Of a stretch of 64,000 nt of DNA, positions 56,601 to 64,000 are shown piece by piece. The position numbers and the translations under genes are program-made. Source of the stretch: the human T2T-CHM13v2.0 reference genome, Homo sapiens; assembly GCA_009914755.4 (NCBI GenBank), contig CP086569.2, forward strand, positions 11,296,001 to 11,360,000, given 5' to 3'. The notes under the pieces are model-generated. The model did not search any database. It saw only the letters and a program-made list of their open reading frames with translations, and was not told the DNA's origin. The first letter of the stretch is position 1. Every line of letters begins with the position of its first letter.

Positions 56601-57397
56601 AGAATGATATTACTCCCAATATAGTAAGAAGTATACACTCCCCTGTGATACTGTTCATAATTTTTAGGGGATTAGAGGATGATATTACTTCCAATATCAC
56701 AGGGAGTGTACACTGGTGATATTGTTTATAATTTTCAGTGGATTAGAAGATATTATTCTGAATATCACAGGGGTTGTACATCCCCATGTGATATTGTTAA
56801 TATCCAGTGGGAAAGAGGATGATATTACTCCCCATATCACGGGGGATGTAAACCCATTTGTGGTATTGTCACTTACATCCAGGGGGGAGAGGATGATATT
56901 ACTCCGCATATCATAGAGGGTGCACACGGCTGTAATGTTGTCCATAACTTCCACAGGGGAAGATAAAATTATTCCCATGTTTCAGAAGGTGTACACACCC
57001 CTGTGATAGTCTCTGTAACATTTAGGGAAGAAGGGGATGATACTACTCCAGATATTTCAGGGGGTGTACACCCCCCTGTGATACTGTTCGTAACGTTTAG
57101 GGGGAAGAGGATGATATTACTCCCCATATCGAAGGGATTGTACATCTCCTTATATATTGTCCATAACATCCAGGGCAGGAGAGGATATTACTACTCCCCA
57201 TATCGCAGGGGTTGGACACCCCCCCTGTAAATATGTCTAACATCCAGGCAGGGACAGGAGGATATTATTCCCCATAACGCAGAGAAAGTAAACCTCCTGT
57301 GATATTGTCCATAACATCCAGTGGGGAGAGGATGATATCACTCCCCATATTGCAGGGGGTGCACACTCCACTCTGATATTGGCCATAATATCCGGGG
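53605..57397. repeat. ~76-bp satellite, each unit containing a ~32-bp perfect palindrome; mostly + orientation with inverted blocks at 53605-53800 and 56480-57397
   Basis: Unit ~GGATATTAGGAACAATATCACAGGGGGTGTACACCCCCTGTGATATTGGGAGTAATATCATCCTCTCCCCC. Successive unit starts at 54412, 54488, 54563, 54641 and 54715 give a period of 74-78 bp. The core ATATCACAGGGGGTGTACACCCCCTGTGATAT is self-complementary. Confidence 0.95.
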
Positions 57398-57751
57398 GGG
57401 GGAGGTGAAGTATGAAGTCACTACACATATCGCAGGGATTATTAGTATCAGATTGTTTGAAGGGCTCACAGTAAGGGTAGTAGTAGGGCGAGTTCTAACT
57501 CAAATAGGGGAAATGTGATGGCTACTAGAAAGAATTTTATGGAGAAGAGAATGTGGGCAGAAGATAGAGGGTCAAATCTGCATTCATAAGGGCTAGATTT
57601 TTCTATATATATTTATTTTATACATATATATATATATTTTTTTCTCTCTCTCTATATATATATTAAGTTGTGGGAGCCAAAATGTAATAATTATTAGTAA
57701 CAGGGCTAATAGGGTGTTGATTACTAGGGTTAATGTTAGGTGAATTACTGT
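57398..57751 (-). pseudogene. mt-ND3-derived sequence (NUMT), interrupted by a (TA/TC)n microsatellite at ~57600-57660
   Basis: The reverse complement reads ...attctcttctccataaaattctttctagtagccatcacatttcccctatttgagttagaactcgccctactactacccttactgtgagccc... (cf. ND3 [27 protein letters not shown]). The reverse complement of 57660-57750 is the ND3 start ...taatcaacaccctattagccctgttactaataattattacattttggc. Confidence 0.85.
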
Positions 57752-57823
57752 TTTTCGGATGCTATCGAAACTTTGGAAATCATGGTACTATTTATACTAA
57801 AAGAGTAAGATCCTCATCAATAA
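57752..57823 (-). pseudogene. mt-tRNA-Gly-derived sequence (NUMT)
   Basis: The reverse complement ggatcttactcttttagtataaatagtaccatgatttccaaagtttcgatagcatccgaaaaa aligns with human mt-tRNA-Gly, ACTCTTTTAGTATAAATAGTACCG... Confidence 0.75.
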
Positions 57824-58395
57824 ATAGAAACATACAAGAATAGTCATACTACATCTACAAAGTGTCGATATCAGGCAGCAGCTTCAAAGGCAAAGTGATG
57901 ACTAGATGTAAAGTGGTATTTTAGTTGGCGGAGAAGGCAGACTGAGGAATGTTGATCCAATAATGACGTGAAGTCTGTGAAAGCCTGTAGCTATAAAAAA
58001 TGTTGAGCCATAAATACCATCAGAAATAGCAAAGGGAGCTTTGAAGTATTCTGAGACTTGTAGGAGGGTGAAGTAGATACCTAATATAATTGTAATAAGT
58101 AGTGCTTGGATTGTATGTTTTTCATTATTTTTTGTTAGGCTGTGATGGGCTCAAGTAATTGAAACTCCTGATGCAAGTAATACAGATGGATTCAGGAGGG
58201 GTACTTCCAGGGTGTCAAGGGGAGAAATACCTGTCGGGGGTCAATGTCCTCCTAATTCTGGAGTAGGGGCTAGGCTAGAATGGTAGAATGCTCAAAAGAA
58301 TCCAGCGAAGAGAAATATTTCTGAGATAATAAATAGGACTATCCCATATTGGAGGCCTTTTTGAACAGTCGTTGTATGGTGGCCCTGAAATGTAC
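57824..58395 (-). pseudogene. mt-COX3-derived sequence (NUMT), C-terminal ~190 codons
   Basis: The reverse complement translates with the mitochondrial code to ...[82 protein letters not shown]...[24 protein letters not shown]..., which matches COX3. Confidence 0.88.
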
Positions 58396-58700
58396 TTTCT
58401 CTGATACAGACCACCCTTGGTCAATTGAATACAGATCAATCACTTTAAGTAAGCTAAGTTCTTACTAAATTGATGAGACTTAAACCCACGAAAACTTAAC
58501 AGCTAAACTCCCTAGTCAACTGGTTTGAATCTACTTCTCCAGCCGCTGGGGGATAAAAGGTGAGAGAAGCAGGATTGAAGCTGCTTCTTTGAATTTACAA
58601 TTCAACGTGAAAATCACCTTGGGACTGGTAAAAACAGGCCTTGACCTCTGTTTTTAGATGTACAGTCTAATGCCCTACTTAGTCATTTTACCCTTTTTTC
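58396..58700 (+). pseudogene. mt tRNA cluster-derived sequence (tRNA-Ala/Asn, OriL, tRNA-Cys/Tyr region; NUMT)
   Basis: ...atcaatcactttaagtaagctaagttcttactaaattgatgagacttaaacccacgaaaacttaacagctaaactccctagtcaactggtttgaatctacttctccagccgctggggg...gaagctgcttctttgaatttacaattcaacgtgaaaatcacc... is collinear with human mtDNA between ND2 and COX1. Confidence 0.85.
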
Positions 58701-58711
58701 TCACTTCATTT

Positions 58712-59770
<1,059 letters not shown>

Positions 59771-59774
59771 TATA

Positions 59775-62405
<2,631 letters not shown>

Positions 62406-62479
62406 CGCTGCACTGTATAGAACAAAGCAGGCAGAGGAAGGTGGGATAACCTTGCTAGCTGAAGCTTCTGGCTCTCTTT

Positions 62480-62830
62480 TTTTCTTCTTCCCATGCAGGA
62501 CACCTGATTCCCTTCTTCCTGCCCTCGGACATGAGACTCCAGGTTCTTATGCCTTTGGACTCTGGGACTTGCACCAGCGGCTTCCCCGAGGCTCTCAGGC
62601 CCTCGGCCTCAGACTGAAGACTGCACTGCGGGCTTTCCTGGTTTTGAGGCTTTTGGACTTGGACTGAGCCACTACTAGCTTCTCTCTTTCCCTACCTGGC
62701 AGACAGCCTATTGTGGGACTGCCTTCTAACCGTGTGAACCAATTCTCTCTGGTAAACTCCCTTATACATATACGTGTATCTTGTTGGATCTGTCCCTCTG
62801 GAGAACCCTAACTGATATATTTTGTTTATT
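62480..62830 (+). repeat. Interspersed-repeat-like segment (LTR/DNA-transposon-type motif family; not named with confidence)
   Basis: ggacttgcaccagcggcttccccgaggctctcaggccctcggcctcagactgaagactgcactgcgggctttcctggttttgaggcttttggacttggactgagccactactagcttctc...gtgaaccaattctctctggtaaactcccttatacatatacg...ctggagaaccctaactgatat resembles a high-copy human repeat. Confidence 0.4.
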
Positions 62831-63778
62831 TTTTCTCCACTGCCCTTTCCTCTGCTTCTAGGCTTACCTAGACCACCACCATTCTTTCCCCCTTTCTAAA
62901 GTAAAAGTTGTTTTTTTTCTCACTAAATGCATGGTATTCTGCCCGTTTTCCATGGCTTCCCTCAGCCTTGCTCTGTTTATTCTTGCTCTCTTAAGAGGAA
63001 ATCCCTGCCTCTTCCGTGGCTTTTCCCACTTGGTCTACTTACTGGTTTCTGTTGTTCTCAGAGACACACTGAGACCTTTCACATCTCACTGTCACTTCTT
63101 GGAAGGGCTCTCTACCTCGTCTGCCTGCTGAGCAACCTCTTGGGGAGACACGGGCACTCCTGAGTCACTGAACTTGAGCTATTTGGTGTTGGTATGTTAA
63201 TTTATCTTCTTAGACCACTTACCACTTCCTTAACTTCAAAAGAGAAGAATAAGTATTATTTTCCATGGTCAATATGAAGAGTAGAAATAACTTATACAAA
63301 ATGCATTGCAGTTAAGTGATAATAAATGGCCGTGAATGCCCTTATTAATGTTATTCTATCAGTCTCAGCTCAGATACCATCTGCTCTGTGAGCTCTGCTC
63401 TGAATCATATCTGCTTCTTCTCTGGGTTTCTTGTGCTCTGTTCTTAACTACTTTAAAGCAGTAATTGTTCTGATTCTAATTAGTGATCCTTCCCAATAAA
63501 ATTTTAATTTCATAGATCTCTTCCCCCCACCCCTGCCCCAGCCTAACCAGTGTTTTCTTACTTTATTGTGTACAGGCTACATCACTGGTCTTCTTTTATT
63601 TGTGGCTAAATAAATGTTGTGTTAGAAGAGTAAAGAGTTCCCAGTTACATGGGATCTATAGTTCTACAAAATGAATGTATACATAATCCATGTAAATATT
63701 TCATTTATTTTAAGACAATTTTTTAATTTTTAAATTAAATTTAATTTGTTCATGTGTGTGAGACCAGAGTGAGAACAG

Positions 63779-63840
63779 AGATGGTGGCGGTGAGGGGTGG
63801 TGGTCTCACCATGTTGCCCAGGCTGGTCTTGAACTCCCCT
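63779..63840 (-). mobile_element. Short Alu-like fragment
   Basis: The fragment reads gagatggtggcggtgaggggtggtggtctcaccatgttgcccaggctggtcttgaactcc. Confidence 0.6.
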
Positions 63841-64000
63841 TCAAGTGCCCCCCTCCTCACCTGGCCCTCCTCACCTTGCCTCCTCCCCTCTCACTCCTAT
63901 GCCAGCCCCTGCCATTCCCCACCCCCTCTGTAGACTGCAAGACTCAACAAGTGACTTGCTGAGCAAACTCTGCTGAGAAGAGGTCTGTTTAGGGACACAG

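Overview
This window is human (primate) nuclear DNA, not a prokaryotic locus. It is saturated with Alu, L1 and MaLR LTR elements, so there are no operons, CRISPR arrays or a bacterial-style system to report. I could not support any intact protein-coding gene. The long ORFs in the supplied track fall inside tandem repeats or CpG-rich low-complexity sequence and are periodicity artefacts.

What the window does contain is an accessory-type region built from four unusual blocks set among ordinary interspersed repeats.

1. About 12.7-21.9 kb: a roughly 9 kb array of a degenerate 18-bp minisatellite, core GGCCTGATGTCCACCTGG. The array switches strand orientation several times, forming inverted arrays, and a solo THE1-like LTR is inserted in it.

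2. About 21.9-28.5 kb: a GC-rich satellite of ~190 bp units, with a ~210 bp variant, in about 34 copies. Every unit carries a T-run and, on the opposite strand, a perfect tRNA B-box / T-arm motif.

3. About 28.5-29.55 kb: the canonical subterminal, telomere-adjacent sequence family (TAR1-like). It is CpG-rich, contains about five 47-53-bp repeats related to GGCGGAGCTGCGTTCTCCTCAGCACAGACC, and runs into a ~300 bp degenerate (TTAGGG)n array. This has the form of a subtelomere/telomere junction, but it is internal: the telomere-like array abuts a 3'-truncated antisense L1.

4. About 53.6-62.4 kb: a ~76-bp satellite in which every unit contains a ~32-bp perfect palindrome, ATATCACAGGGGGTGTACACCCCCTGTGATAT. 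It is interrupted by a young AluY with a clean target-site duplication, and by a ~3 kb composite, rearranged mitochondrial insertion (NUMT). The NUMT carries ND3, tRNA-Gly and COX3 inverted, then the tRNA-Ala/Asn/OriL/Cys/Tyr cluster with COX1, then 12S rRNA.

Further items: two tandem copies of a GTF2I-like first coding exon, with an intact ATG, acceptor and GT donor, and an in-frame 18-bp repeat expansion in copy A; a CpG-rich 1.2 kb block of three ~325-bp units, flanked by ~150-bp direct repeats of L1 sequence; and a GC-rich, ORF-dense non-repeat segment at 10.8-11.5 kb of unknown identity.

The overall architecture (subterminal repeats, an interstitial telomere array, satellites, a NUMT and pseudogene fragments) is typical of subtelomeric, pericentromeric or acrocentric-type duplicated DNA. 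Coordinates of repeat boundaries are approximate, to about 10-20 bp.
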